From: Amphiscolops sp. MND2022
Lineage: Eukaryota
DNA: 64,000 bases
NCBI GenBank assembly: GCA_964187785.1
Contig: OZ076409.1
Span: forward strand, 22,756,001-22,820,000
Direction: 5' to 3'
Every line of letters starts with the position of its first letter. Position 1 is the stretch's first letter. Position numbers and translations under genes: made by a program. The notes below the pieces were generated by a model. That model made no database searches. It saw only the letters and a program-made list of their open reading frames with translations, and was not told the DNA's origin. Shown here one piece after another: positions 39,601-48,600 of the stretch.

Positions 39601-42600
39601 GATCCAATTTGTTGTCCTCGATGCAGCAGTTTAGTTCGATGAGATCAGGGTCAGCGGCCGTCTCCTTGATTATCGTTTCCAAGTCTAGCATGAAATCTAG
39701 TTCTGCCGATCTGACGTTATCTTCTTGTTGTCTGTTACGCTTCGGTTTTTCTTCAACTACGCGGTTGATTCTCACGTAGTGTACGGCAATTTCTTCGATT
39801 GGCCCGTCTCTGTATTCTTGGACTGGTATTGCTGGGTAAGTTCCGGGTTCGTGGGTGGCTACTGCTTCCTCCGAGTTATTTGAGACGGTGGATTCTGTGT
39901 CTCGGTTGGTTTCATTTCTCTCGGTTTGTTGTTGTTCGGTGTTTTGGGTCTGGGGAATGTCGTCCCCAAAGTTTTGAAAATATCCTCCGCCGATATGTTG
40001 TTCTCTGATCTTTTGTCTCAGTTGAATGTCAATTCGCTTTATTTCTCTTCTTTCATCTTCTTCCGGTCTTCTCGGTATGTAAATTTCTCGGCCCAAATTC
40101 TTGTTGAAATGTGGTCTCATTACACCCGGTCTCGCCAATTGTACTCTTCTTCTCACGAGTTCCGAAGTTTCGGGTGATTTATCTCTTGCATTGATAATGG
40201 CCATGATATCGTCATCTGCACCCCAATGGTGTCGTAATTGTCCGTCTGTGCGGAAGAAGCGTGTATTGTTTTCATTGTTATTCATTTTTATACAGTCAGT
40301 ATTGGATGAATGCTGTTGTATGCGGTAATTAGAATCAATATGGCTTTTGTTTGTTTGGTAGCGTCGCGTGTCAATTAGCGAGCGCGTATCACGCATGTTT
40401 GCTTTGGCTGCCGTGGTCGCGTCTTCTGATTGGTCGAAAATCCGTCCTATTCGGGCGTTTACCGTTGCTAGTTGCGCGATGGCGTTAATAACAAATTCTT
40501 CTTCGTAATTTTCTTCCGGTTCTGGATTTTCGGTGGGATTTCGGCTGATGAAATCCGTGAATTTGATTTCTTTGCCGGCAGTGTGTTTTAAGCAGATGTC
40601 GAAGTGGTTCAATCTGTCTAGCCATCGTGTTAGTCGCGCACTATATTGTTTATTTGTCTTGTTTCTCTTCAGGAGGGGTTCTAGTGCTTGATGGTCCGAG
40701 AATAATTGGACTTGTTTGCCATATAAATGGAATCTAAATCTTTCCAAGCCCCATACGACGGCTAATAGTTCTAATTCTCCGATAGAATATTTTTTTTCGG
40801 CGTCGTTTAGGTATCGGCTGGCAAATGCTATCGGTTTTAGTTCTCCGTTGCCTTGTTTTTGCCAGAGTGCTATTCCCAAACCAGTTTTGCATGCGTCGGT
40901 TGTGACGATGTTTTCTTTGTTGCCGTTGTAGTGTGCCAAACAGGGTAATGATGTTAGTTCTTGTTTTATTTTGTTGAAGTCCGAATTTCGATCGGTTGTC
41001 CATTCCCATTTCGTCCCTTTTTTGAGTAGTTGTCTCATGTTGTCTGTTTTCTCGGATAAATTCGGTATGAATTTCGCAAAGTACTGTATAGCTCCGAGGA
41101 AAGATTTTAGTGCTTTGGCGTTTGTTGGTGGTTCTAGTTTATTTATCGCATCTGTCTTTTCTTTGTTTGGCCTGATTCCGTCTTGTGATATCGTATGTCC
41201 GAGCCATATTGTTTCTTTTTGATAGAATTTTGACTTCTTTTTGCTTGCTTTGTAGCCTTCATTTTCCAGTTTTGTCAGTACCGAATATAGTTTTCGGGTA
41301 TGTTCTTCTTTGGTTCCACGTGTGACAATTATAATGTCATCTAGCCAAACTGGTGTTTGGTGACCCAGGGTTCTGTCTATTTTTTCTTGGAAAATCGTTG
41401 GTATGTCGGCGGGGCCGTAGAATCCTTTTAAGAATCGGTAATATCCATTTATTTTCTCTCCTGTCATTGCAAAGTTGCAGTGTTTGCTTGTTTCGGGGGC
41501 CAGTTTCATTTGTCCGTATGCGTAGTCGAGGTCTACTACGGATATCCAAATTGGGTCGCGGTCGTTTTTGGATAATTCGGCTGATATTTGATTTAATAGT
41601 TCTTCCATATTTGGCATGTGTGGCCTTTTCTTTACGCAGCTGTCATTGAGTTTTCGGGCGTCTAGCGCGATTTTTACCGTCTTGTCTTTCTTCACCGTAA
41701 TTACAACGGGTGATACAAAACAATCTTCTTCGATTGTTTCTAATCGTTCGAGATGTCCGGATTTTATTAATCGGTCCAGTTCGTTTTTTACGTCTTTTTG
41801 TAAATGGTACGGTATTGGTCTGGCTTTCTGCTGGATGGGGTAGCATCCTGGCTTTATTTGAATTTTCACTTCTATATTTTTAATTGTATGGTTTGTTTCG
41901 AATAGTTTGTTGAATTTCGCGTAGATGGTTTCTGATTGGTTGGTTGGTTCGTCCAATTGAATTTTGTTGATGGTGATTGGTAATTGTTTCAACCAGTTCA
42001 CGCCTAATAATGGAGTGATATCGTTTCTTTTTGTAATTAGGATTGGTAATTTTGTTGTCTTTCCGTTGTGTTCGATATCGGCCCATATTTTCCCGAGGAA
42101 TTGGATTTCGTTTTTGTTTACGTCTTGATATCTTTCTTTCAGGGGTTTTATATCTCTTTGGTTGTAGAGTTCTGGGTTGTTTGGCATTATTGTAACTGGA
42201 GAGCCGGTGTCAATTGTGAAATTTTGGTATTTGCCGTTAATTTTTAGTTTGATCCCGTAGTTATCGTTTTCATCCGGTAGTACTCTATTGATTTGCGTGA
42301 TTTGTTGTATTTCTTCTGGTTCACTTTCTTCTTCTTCGGTGTATGTTTCTTCCAGGTAGTTGATTTTTTGCTTTCTCGTGTTCTTATTGGTTTTGCTGCG
42401 GCAAACTCTTGCGAAGTGTCCCATTTTGTGGCAATTATTACATTCTGCCGTTTTTGCCGGGCATTTGTGTGATGGTGACCAGTTTTGCTGTCCGCAGAAA
42501 CCGCAGTTGTTGTTTTTTGCGGTTGTTTCGGTATTTTTCCGGTAGTTTCGTGGTTGTATCTTCTGTATGGGTTCTTCTTTAATTTCTTTTTCTTTCGCCA

Positions 42601-45600
42601 GTGCTGGTGGTATTGTTGATTGCTTATGTCTCTTTTCATAACTATCTTGGGTTACCAGATCCATGGTAGTTTTCAGATTCAGTGTTTTTTCGCGGATGAG
42701 TTTTTCCCGTAGTTTTTTATCGGTAATACTAGTGATAAATTTTGATATTAGTAGGTCTTCTTGTTTGATATCTTTGAATTCGCAGTTCTTTTCGAGGGAT
42801 ACTAATTTTCGCCAGTGTTCTTCCGGGGTTTCGTTGTCTTCTTGTTTCGCCCAGAAGAAATCTCCTCGGCTGTGGTAGGTGTTTCGTTTTGGCATGTAAT
42901 AGTCTTTGAATAGTTGGATGAGTCTTTCTGTATTGATGGTATCGGGATCTGTGTTGAATTCTCCTTTGGTGATCGTCTCTATTGCCGATGGTCCTGCTCC
43001 CCAGATGAAATCTTGTCTTATTTCCGGTTCTTTTGTTGTCCATTCGTTACTTGTTGGCATTGTTTCCCCGGATAAAGCCGGTTTTATATCGATATCATGG
43101 ATTCGTTTTATGTAATGCCGTAATCGTTCGGTCCATTCTTTGGGGGTGTATAATTTTTTCCCATCAAGTCCGGTGTCTTCAAGGTATGGTAGCAATATAT
43201 TACTCTTGGTTGTCGTCATTGGTATTTGGTCGGTTAAAATTGGATTTACGGATAAAAGTAAATCTTGCTACTGCGCCATGTTGTAATCTCGGTCTATCAC
43301 GATAAAAAGGTTCTTTATCTAAGACGATAAATTCGTATCTTCTTTAGCAACTAATCTATAGTATCAATCTCATGTTCAATGGTCAATACTCTATTGTACA
43401 ACACTAAATGTAGTAAACTCAAATTGACAGTAATTAGAGTTTTATGTTTGACAACAATAATATGCTCTCTGTCTAGGTTCATAGTTTTGAAGGTCATGAT
43501 ATCCACATGATATCACAGGTAACAAGCTTTGTAAATGGTTCTTCAAATAGTAGTTTGATTTCGTTTCCGTCGGAATGGTCTGAGAAAGTTGGGCCCTCTA
43601 GGAATATTTGAATGTCAATTGAGCAGTACTTTAAGGCTGCCCTAAATATGCAGCATCACTAAACTTCGGTTTAAAACGATTTCGTAGTTTTGAATTTTGC
43701 TTGTAATTGTTTTCAGTTATCCATGTTGCACTTGGTAACATGGCTTCAGGTTTGTTTAGGAACGTTTGAAGTAGCCATATTATGCCTGGCTGATGAAATC
43801 CTGATTAGACTTCATCTCTAGCCCGCTATTCCAGATATTTTCAAAAACAATTCTTATAAGGTGATTTCGAGGAGTGAATATAAAAGTTTTTTTTATTTCA
43901 GTGCATTTAGCCACATCATTAAAGCAGGCATTTTCCCTGTAGGAGTTCATTTGATTTGATCATAAGTTAGTGATGGCACAGGGTATGAGGTCAAACGTTT
44001 TCAATCATTTGTAACAAACACTGATAGCATTTTCAACTGATTTCTTTTTTATTACAGCTCTACAGTATACTAGCTTGTGTGAGAATATTAAGCGGAAAGT
44101 TCCCTCTTCCTAAGCTGCAAAAAGATTTCACGAATCAATTCAGAGATATATAAAGTTCAGATGCTGCGAAAACTTTGTACTAGTACAAAGTTCTCGCAGC
44201 ATCTGAACTTTATACAGCTGTCAGAACAAAAAATATCCTTTCAGTAGATTTTCTGAAAATTAGTTTTTTTCTTATTTTTAGTTAATTTGTGTGGCGTATC
44301 TATAGCTCATTCATTGGTGTAGCATGCCAAGAAACTGTTGTTGGCAATGGAATCAACAGGTACCCGAGAATCGCCCTGTAACCATATTTTGTCGCTTTCC
44401 GTCTTTTTCATACGTATTTGAGTTTTGAGAGTGGCTGTTAAAAAGTTCTTTCCTACAATGGTTGTTAATATTCCGATCGGTTCTGTGGTTGATATGAATT
44501 TTTCCCTTGTTTGAGGATCAATCAAATATTTAATTTTATTCTTGCTAGATAGTATCCAGTTGATAGTTGTAAAAATTTCACGATAATTTACTAGTTCCAA
44601 TTCTGGCTGGTAGATGCATCCATGCAACCATGGTGACAATGCCAAGTGGATTTTATAATATGCGAAATAGATTTTGTAAACAATACAAAGTAAGTTTTTC
44701 AAACGCCTTCCATAATTTCGAACAAAATTCAATCGATTTCTGGCGTGCCGGCGTCTTGACAACAAAGATTAATTTCCAACCGTCACTAAAATACTTTTGA
44801 AGAGAAAGTGAAAAACTCCAAGAAAGTGGTATCATTACCACTATCATGAGCTAATGATTACAAAGTCAAAACAAGCATAACCAGAATGTTCATAATGCAA
44901 TAATCCTAATTGGTTTTCGATTTTTATGTGATCCATATAATTATAGTCTTACTTAAGTCACTTAAAATGAAAACATCACTGGAAAGAAGAATCTCTGAAA
45001 ATGCCCAGCTCAATTTTGCCAATTATGTAAGCGTTTCTTTTTGAATCTGTTAAATTTACCATCTCAACGCTTCCATTTTTAGAAAAAAGTCAGCAGAATC
45101 AACTCTGTTATATTACAGCTTCTCTGTTTCCTACATGGAGTTGACGAGATACCACAGAAGATAAGTCCCCTCAAAGCTTAGAAAATATATGATTTCATTT
45201 ACCTGTTTGCTGACGTCATGGCCATTATCTGCATGGAAACGAGAGTGAAGAAAGATTGAAGGAAACTGTCCACCACGCAAAGGGGAAAGGGCAGAACGTG
45301 GTCATAGAAAACTTTGATGCCATTGGCTGCAGCCCAGTAGAAGCAACACAGCACATCAATGCATCCTTAAACATGCAAGAATAGGAGGAAAGAAGGAACA
45401 GTTTGAAGAAGAATCAAGATTTCATGAGTTGGAGAAAAAAACTAGACAGTGTGAAAACTTAGGATTTCTTGACACAAACTTCCCCAAGGCTGTTAAGGAC
45501 TGGTCCAGGATTTGTAAGTCCAAAAAGTCAATCCTTGACAGTCCTTGAGGTTAGATTTCTGTCATTACTGATGTGTGATGAAGTTAAAATCTCTTAAACA

Positions 45601-46098
45601 AAATGAAGTCAAAACATTGGTTGTATGACTCGGCATTCCTCCAAAACTGCCTTCGTCAAAACCAGCCGCTAGGAACAATAGTTTCACGTCGCTCCACTTC
45701 GCTTTGCTCCTGCATTTAGGATACTATCGGTGAGTGACCAAGGCTAATCACAATTCCATAATTTAGGAAACTTTAACCTAAAATAGACCTAAATTTTAAC
45801 CTAAATTTTAATCCCAAGTAGGTTTTAACTTTGAAGATTTTGACATGATACCCCTGGAGAGAATAAAGTTCGCAGTTTCTGTCGAACAGAATATTTCTGG
45901 GTTATTATCATTATCATTGATGAGAAGCTTGCCTAGAAGCATGATGAGGTTTTCGCTGGTGACGCGGCATCTTTTGAGGGTGTACGCGTAGATAACAGCA
46001 GAGTTGCCCAACACCCCCACAAAGGCGACACATGTCTGGAACAAAGACACAGACAGCTGCACCTCCCGCGGAACCCCCGAAGAAGAGGACCCTCCCAC
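7938..46098 (-). CDS. Class A (rhodopsin-like) GPCR, spliced: exons 46098(+)-45933, 45365-45203, 12132-11939, 10930-10757 (or 10793), 9160-8919, 8420-7938; N-terminal start exon not located
   Basis: Joined exons keep one frame and give 7 TM segments with class A motifs: TM1 'VGVLGNSAV', TM2 'LGCIDVL', TM3 'CVVDSF...[11 protein letters not shown]' (NRF at the DRY position), TM5 '[14 protein letters not shown]', TM6 '[19 protein letters not shown]', TM7 'NYAINPFTY'. Splice phases match at every junction. Confidence 0.88.
8919..9160 (-). CDS. GPCR exon encoding hydrophilic ICL3
   Basis: GC-richer open segment bounded by ttccag| and GAG|gtaaca; phases 1 and 0 fit the neighbouring exons. Confidence 0.75.
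10497..10678. repeat. 182-bp loop-less palindrome
   Basis: Centre 10587/10588; one mismatch. Confidence 0.95.
10757..10930 (-). CDS. GPCR exon encoding TM5 and start of ICL3
   Basis: tgcag|TG AGT gives [27 protein letters not shown]. Two phase-1 GT donors are possible (after 10793 or after 10757). Confidence 0.8.
11939..12132 (-). CDS. GPCR exon encoding end of TM3, TM4 and ECL2
   Basis: attag|G TTC GTG GCG completes [11 protein letters not shown]...SNTYWT. It ends ACAG|gcatga (GC donor), phase-compatible with the next exon. Confidence 0.85.
12618..13037. mobile_element. hAT-like MITE
   Basis: Imperfect TIRs caagggtgttaaata / caaaggtggtaaaata; 8-bp TSD cctatata/tctatata. Confidence 0.65.
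14700..15773 (-). mobile_element. Truncated, diverged LTR of a family related to the 22552-32541 element, including a gag N-terminal ORF
   Basis: ORF 15101-14694 ([10 protein letters not shown]...[15 protein letters not shown]...QEMDSMM) parallels MPTRKQKK...[13 protein letters not shown]...REMDEMM. It ends with actgtgattgg...cgaca like the LTR terminus. Confidence 0.72.
18571..18610. repeat. (CT)20 microsatellite
   Basis: Read directly. Confidence 0.97.
18900..22437 (-). mobile_element. Degenerate Ty3/Gypsy element with putative 5' LTR at 22244-22437
   Basis: LTR-like TGTTGTA...TCACA with PBS TGGCGCTGCGAG. Frameshifted gag, protease (MIDSSSPIS, ~21190-21212), RT ([10 protein letters not shown]...[16 protein letters not shown]) and integrase remnants similar to the intact element. 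No 3' LTR seen; left boundary approximate. Confidence 0.8.
22552..24730 (-). repeat. 3' LTR (2,179 bp)
   Basis: Copy of 30363-32541; contains the duplicated gag N-terminal ORF (23143-22469), which reads out into flanking DNA. Confidence 0.95.
24835..25278 (-). pseudogene. EEF2: Intronless internal fragment of eukaryotic elongation factor 2 (domain III/IV region)
   Basis: [67 protein letters not shown] are hallmark eEF2 motifs. It has no ATG start and similarity stops after 'KDSFV'. Confidence 0.93.
25239..26570 (-). CDS. EIF2A: Intronless eIF2A (eukaryotic initiation factor 2A) beta-propeller, C-terminally truncated, inside the LTR element
   Basis: Recognisable eIF2A motifs: [24 protein letters not shown]...[20 protein letters not shown]...FSPQG, WSPCGE, FWQIRWQ. 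Uninterrupted 443-codon ORF. Confidence 0.93.
   Translation of the reverse strand: MTSQQGGDSEGASLPHLCVGGNEGFLLYPTSGPTAYSPRQIDAKATQRSVNQVFSWSSCGNFFAWCDAENLMVFNASNLQVVFKHPKSRVISIEFSPKNTYISTFEPFSNANKSQNNICIFSFLGQDVVATFTQGSFENWRPQFSDDEKVCCKLLKETAVFYVDGDFSTPKYKLNIPGLTVVEMLPKEPYHVAIYVAGSKKGTPSVVKILRFPDLDQYSALSSKSFFKADKATLHWNNPGNGLIIKSMTEVDQSGQAYYGETMLFYISTEGSSSIVELNKKGPIYNICWDPNVSEFCVTYGHMPSKASLFNSKCSSVYDFGTGLRTACSFSPQGHLLALYGHGGVRSNVEIWYRPTFSLIAKIVDFQDITCFEWSPCGERLLLGTHSPTLKVSNKWAVYTYDGKLIKADLGKEGMSAGSRGGSNFAFWQIRWQVPENCTWRSV
27998..29248 (-). pseudogene. pol: Internally deleted pol in the -1 frame of gag; no protease, RT, RNase H or integrase core
   Basis: The -1 frame is open from the heptamer A AAA AAC (29248-29242) to 27998. 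No DTG, YxDD or DDE motifs are present. '[12 protein letters not shown]' resembles the post-integrase HxxRLK motif of Gypsy elements. Confidence 0.7.
29239..30954 (-). CDS. gag: Gag-like protein (571 aa)
   Basis: Two CX2CX4HX4C knuckles ([28 protein letters not shown]); located at the 5' LTR/PBS. Confidence 0.88.
   Translation of the reverse strand: MPTRKQKKTRKSRGVEIISDIENVDMMLGENHFSRNERDESLSSNQTRRPESTFGDQFENNDENRYLNSRNDGLSPNADYGQNSAGGNSSAEINRLSSELNSRISREMDEMMNSVSVQIQRAINDAISNQVLPQIQNAIVAGSGHLTRERWNVPAERPEGYSEVLRNSDSRDNSRSKPFMDCQKDGPTTSTNSRAYDMVTGENESPTDIPEFLTGRTPSRSHLNRSHDDLNPLLDTTIPAQERTVPAPEQDPINRLADVSTSMQNRPTAQQPTIRPVNSNTMTFDGKSKKFGLFVYLFHTMIKLMSEQMKINRFHSLLRKNALQTFRNISTANRQTLEDVLVIFRRKYVKPESQATAKHKWHRLVFDPNTTKLPHFFEELNQGAEKAFGDHAQKIIDSLLYAKLPPKQKRSVNMARLENGSYDEIVAHLERELELNALEESDDLPMASMTSSATKTKTFPSNVQMSDITCNYCKEKGHIVKDCEKRKKKKEKDAQQGKPTQKKVYPKCGTCGKTNHPEERCWQGAGAHLKPKRTRPEDSSDSDPDPKSSKPHHKPTSSNSQSSSSKDESKN
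30363..32541 (-). repeat. 5' LTR (2,179 bp)
   Basis: Matches 22552-24730 at offset 7811; I noticed only one difference (C24456 vs T32267). Confidence 0.95.
33697..33772 (-). mobile_element. tRNA-derived SINE head or tRNA pseudogene
   Basis: A-box TGGTGTAGTGG and B-box GGTTCGACT at tRNA-like spacing, ending ACCA; the acceptor stem does not pair. Confidence 0.6.
34746..36326 (+). repeat. Two close copies (34746-35118, 35933-36326) of a ~380-bp dispersed repeat; diverged copy at about 54990-55545
   Basis: Direct sequence match starting tgtaacggaagc and ending gtttctactgt. Confidence 0.8.
36650..37144 (-). mobile_element. LINE APE fragment
   Basis: Minus strand reads [11 protein letters not shown] at about 37103-37135. 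Confidence 0.5.
37145..37578 (+). repeat. Left copy of 434-bp direct repeat flanking the Gypsy element
   Basis: Identical to 43518-43950 except for one T in a homopolymer. Confidence 0.92.
37579..43517 (-). mobile_element. Full-length, probably intact Ty3/Gypsy LTR retrotransposon (Mag-like organisation)
   Basis: 239-bp LTRs at 37579-37817 and 43279-43517 that look identical, TG...CA; PBS TGGCGCAGTAGCAAGATT (tRNA-Ser-like); PPT GAAGAGGGGGGAA; single gag-pol ORF. Confidence 0.95.
37742..43219 (-). CDS. gag-pol: Gag-Pol polyprotein, 1825 aa
   Basis: CCHC knuckle [14 protein letters not shown], protease IDTGS, RT ([12 protein letters not shown]), RNase H (TDAC, ELELLAV, SDHQAL), integrase H-H-C-C and D-D-E (QIDF, SDKG, VER). 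Gypsy domain order. Confidence 0.95.
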   Translation of the reverse strand: MTTTKSNILLPYLEDTGLDGKKLYTPKEWTERLRHYIKRIHDIDIKPALSGETMPTSNEWTTKEPEIRQDFIWGAGPSAIETITKGEFNTDPDTINTERLIQLFKDYYMPKRNTYHSRGDFFWAKQEDNETPEEHWRKLVSLEKNCEFKDIKQEDLLISKFITSITDKKLREKLIREKTLNLKTTMDLVTQDSYEKRHKQSTIPPALAKEKEIKEEPIQKIQPRNYRKNTETTAKNNNCGFCGQQNWSPSHKCPAKTAECNNCHKMGHFARVCRSKTNKNTRKQKINYLEETYTEEEESEPEEIQQITQINRVLPDENDNYGIKLKINGKYQNFTIDTGSPVTIMPNNPELYNQRDIKPLKERYQDVNKNEIQFLGKIWADIEHNGKTTKLPILITKRNDITPLLGVNWLKQLPITINKIQLDEPTNQSETIYAKFNKLFETNHTIKNIEVKIQIKPGCYPIQQKARPIPYHLQKDVKNELDRLIKSGHLERLETIEEDCFVSPVVITVKKDKTVKIALDARKLNDSCVKKRPHMPNMEELLNQISAELSKNDRDPIWISVVDLDYAYGQMKLAPETSKHCNFAMTGEKINGYYRFLKGFYGPADIPTIFQEKIDRTLGHQTPVWLDDIIIVTRGTKEEHTRKLYSVLTKLENEGYKASKKKSKFYQKETIWLGHTISQDGIRPNKEKTDAINKLEPPTNAKALKSFLGAIQYFAKFIPNLSEKTDNMRQLLKKGTKWEWTTDRNSDFNKIKQELTSLPCLAHYNGNKENIVTTDACKTGLGIALWQKQGNGELKPIAFASRYLNDAEKKYSIGELELLAVVWGLERFRFHLYGKQVQLFSDHQALEPLLKRNKTNKQYSARLTRWLDRLNHFDICLKHTAGKEIKFTDFISRNPTENPEPEENYEEEFVINAIAQLATVNARIGRIFDQSEDATTAAKANMRDTRSLIDTRRYQTNKSHIDSNYRIQQHSSNTDCIKMNNNENNTRFFRTDGQLRHHWGADDDIMAIINARDKSPETSELVRRRVQLARPGVMRPHFNKNLGREIYIPRRPEEDERREIKRIDIQLRQKIREQHIGGGYFQNFGDDIPQTQNTEQQQTERNETNRDTESTVSNNSEEAVATHEPGTYPAIPVQEYRDGPIEEIAVHYVRINRVVEEKPKRNRQQEDNVRSAELDFMLDLETIIKETAADPDLIELNCCIEDNKLDQIPQNYKTVAKKLTYRWGIILVDDRIVIPKSLRYAALNALHFGHPGINKMYSDAAIFWWPNMREDIEKKSKTCSACLNAGKNLKFQIPQTEKSKIEPTKTPGEEIQIDFTGNLNNKKLQSNPFILIAVDKNSRWPVAKICKNTNHETVISFLNEYINVYGVPKQIKSDKGGAFISKEYIEYCKTHNINRIYGTANLHTGTGLVERTIQSLKNLTLANLEDNQNLRESVNRALYVLRFTIHSEIKKTPFELHFGRTPRTKLSNLKNSISVDSKDLSVYITRNSTGQITDHLVMSKKKIAEPRYKRGMTFSQTKKPTSAVSKFEYPFKFYEKNYKKGSMESKFKNKVQTAVSGTRHTVTTDKNKVIHRKLISNPLPFQQTTTPAKKINTRQNTADQPTCSKTLDNTTTSGAPCIYSRKETPKNTANYERSEDWSKRKEIPRNNKGQFTSPNKNTENLNLSIISDDDDFECYNKAEGKPIQVNIEDELQLHPKETNLTPEQGSYKRKNRTEKPIEPVRRSNRLPFAKQTEKLGGIPYHISNNKKKLTNHGNLLQETTAETAERNETKNDRPMRQNNEEIRTIRPLQQIPIGQPRRGGNVISCGYHDLQNYEPRQRAYYCCQT
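43518..43950 (+). repeat. Right copy (433 bp) of the flanking direct repeat
   Basis: Starts immediately after the LTR's terminal CA. Confidence 0.92.
44149..44214. repeat. 66-bp loop-less palindrome
   Basis: Centre 44181/44182; one mismatch. Confidence 0.92.
45203..45365 (-). CDS. GPCR exon encoding TM2-TM3 (not in ORF track)
   Basis: tttaag|GA TGC ATT GAT... gives (G)[53 protein letters not shown](R), then an AG|gtaaat donor. Confidence 0.88.
45933..46098 (-). CDS. GPCR exon encoding TM1 and ICL1
   Basis: Translates ...[16 protein letters not shown]...SENLIMLL-G. It follows a tttag acceptor and an in-frame upstream stop, so a further 5' exon is needed. It ends at a G|gcaagc GC-type donor. 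Confidence 0.85.
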
Positions 46099-48600
46099 AG
46101 ACTCTCTAAAACCACAAAATTAGCCACATGAAGTTTCAAAACCAGAAAACGAAAGATTCCAGCGTCCGATGTTGTATTCTTAGGATTCTGCTCATTTTGC
46201 GATGCTCCGATGCTTGCTTAGTCCAAGTTGCTTAGTCCGATGAGCTACCAAAACGAAGACTGGGATTTCAAATTTCAGTGATAGTAAATCTTTGATAAAC
46301 ATACTAACAACTCGCAAGACTGTATACATTATATGAAAAATGCGACTCGTGTCACAGAAACGGTAAAAACAATAATAGTTACAATAAAGTTGCACCAGTT
46401 TACACCCCATATTTCCATGAAAGATACTTTAGTTTTCCCGGGGTGACACTTTATCGTCAGTAATGTTTGAAAGTTATAGACATACTTAATTGCCTATGAA
46501 TAATTTAATGAGACGTATTAAAGATTTTTATGACGTTAAGCCGGAACGGAGATGGATCCAAAAATCTGGTGCTTAAACTTTAAACCGCAATATCTCCAAA
46601 ACGATTTTTAGCGCGTTCGAAATAAGACAATCAGGGCTTTCATTTCGATATTTAAATTGCTGGGATGGGGGCGAAGTCCTCCGCTGGCGTGCGGTTTCGC
46701 CGCACTGGCTCCGGACTTTGCGCCAAAACTTTGCACGCGTGGTGTCCCAAGTTCAGCTTGTTTCAAAACATGCTAGGGCCCCTTTGACCAAATCTTCTCC
46801 GCAGTATTATAAAGTGGCCACACAAGAAAACAGGAAAAACGGAAACTTTGCGCTATTTTTTCTGATTTTTTTGGTCCCGTTTTTTTCTGGAGACATCAAG
46901 TCAACAATCCGTGAATATGCGTGCAATGCTATGTAATTTTGTCTGAAAATATTATTCAAGAGTTTCCGAGTTTTCTTTACCATACGGTGGGCTGGTGCCT
47001 CTAGAAGTTTGTAGATCTTGAGTGGTGCAAATACGTACGTACATAGAGTTGCTTCATCAAGATCTACTCGAAGTCTATATGGCTATGATTATAGGACCCA
47101 TTCCTAGATTTCCCAAAATCAAGAAGTTTTTAATTATGGTAAAATCTTTATCCAGTTTTCTCTTGTCTTTCTTCCGCTCATTTTCGCATTTTGTTAAATA
47201 TAATCTCAAAATATTTTCTTTTTAGGTGAAAGCGATACAGAGGAATATTTGGGAATTAGTAGGGGACCAGCTGATAAAATATTCAAGTTACATCTAATCA
47301 GTCAAAGACATCAATTTAAACATCCTTGTTAAATGAACAGGGAAGCTAACCACCACTGATATTCGTCGTTTAGTTTTTGTTTGGAGGGTAAAATCGTGTC
47401 ATTGATTTCAAGATGTTTTCAAAATCTTAAAAACCGGGGATAAACTGGTCAAAAATTGGAAAAACGGCAAAAAGTCCCAATTTTGTTCAAAATCATCTAC
47501 TTGTAACTCTCAATTTTTTTCTCAGAATTTTGAAATGCTAATGTAAGCTAGATGAAATTCTGTGAAACTCTCACTTCTGATGTTTTTCAAAATTTTCAAC
47601 CGATTTAGAGAAAATTGAGCCTAAAATCACTCGGGGGACGATTTCTCCATCACAGCACTGTACTTCACTAGTTTTCGCACAACGGTATGCGGAAAACTGG
47701 TCGAAAACAACTCGTCGAATAATAATTGATTGCAAACTCGTCGAATAATGGCAGGTTGCCCCACTCGCACCACCAGCGACTCTATAATTTTGGAAGTGTT
47801 GCTTATGGGACTACACGGCTCTTTCCTGCCCCCCCCCCCCACCACAAAAATTTTTGAATACCTTTGCTGAAACTTTTAGACTAGCCTAATTAAAAGTAAA
47901 ACCTTCTTTCATAACAGGAAGTCAACTTCTACTAGAGTAGTTTCCCGCTAGAACAAAACATTGTTCACACATTTTGACAATAATTATGGTCGTATTAAGT
48001 GTTTATTGATGACTCAAAACAGGAAGCTGTTGATTTGTTCATCAAAAATGCGTAACTGTCAAGAAAGAAAGTGTGAACAAAGTTTGTATCTGAATCCTAA
48101 GCTATTACCCTGAGAATTAATTTAAAACTGAAGCTTTCTGGCTTGTATTCAAATCTATTTGTTATAGGATTTTCACTATACATATTTTTTAAATACATCT
48201 TTCAGTATACATATTTTTTAAACAAATATGGTGGTGGGGGATAGAAAAGAGCCGACTACACAAAGTATTAAGTATCAGGACGTGATTGCTTGGTTGGTAA
48301 GGTGGATAGGTACACTCATCAAGCCGCAATTAATCAATCAAAAAACATCAATTTACACTTCCTGGTTAAAATGAGCAGGGAATCTAACCACCGCCGATGT
48401 TTTTTATTTATTATTTGGGGGAAAATCGAAGCACCGATTTCAAGATGAAGGCAAATCTTTAAAGCATGCCGTTACAAATTAGCCATTTCAGTAAATTAGC
48501 ATATTTTTTCTTTGATCATTCAATGTTTGGTTGGTAGAAATCATTGGCAAATCTACTTTATTTCTTTGCGTCTTGAGTATACATCTGTTAATAATACTCT

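Noticed and set aside
37842..43305. Many plus-strand and alternative-frame ORFs within the Gypsy element, e.g. 253 aa at 38742-39503
   Set aside because: Shadow ORFs of the long gag-pol frame, with no recognisable motifs.
44307..44765. 152-aa minus-strand ORF as an extra GPCR exon or gene
   Set aside because: Not needed for the GPCR frame, no motif recognised, non-ATG start.
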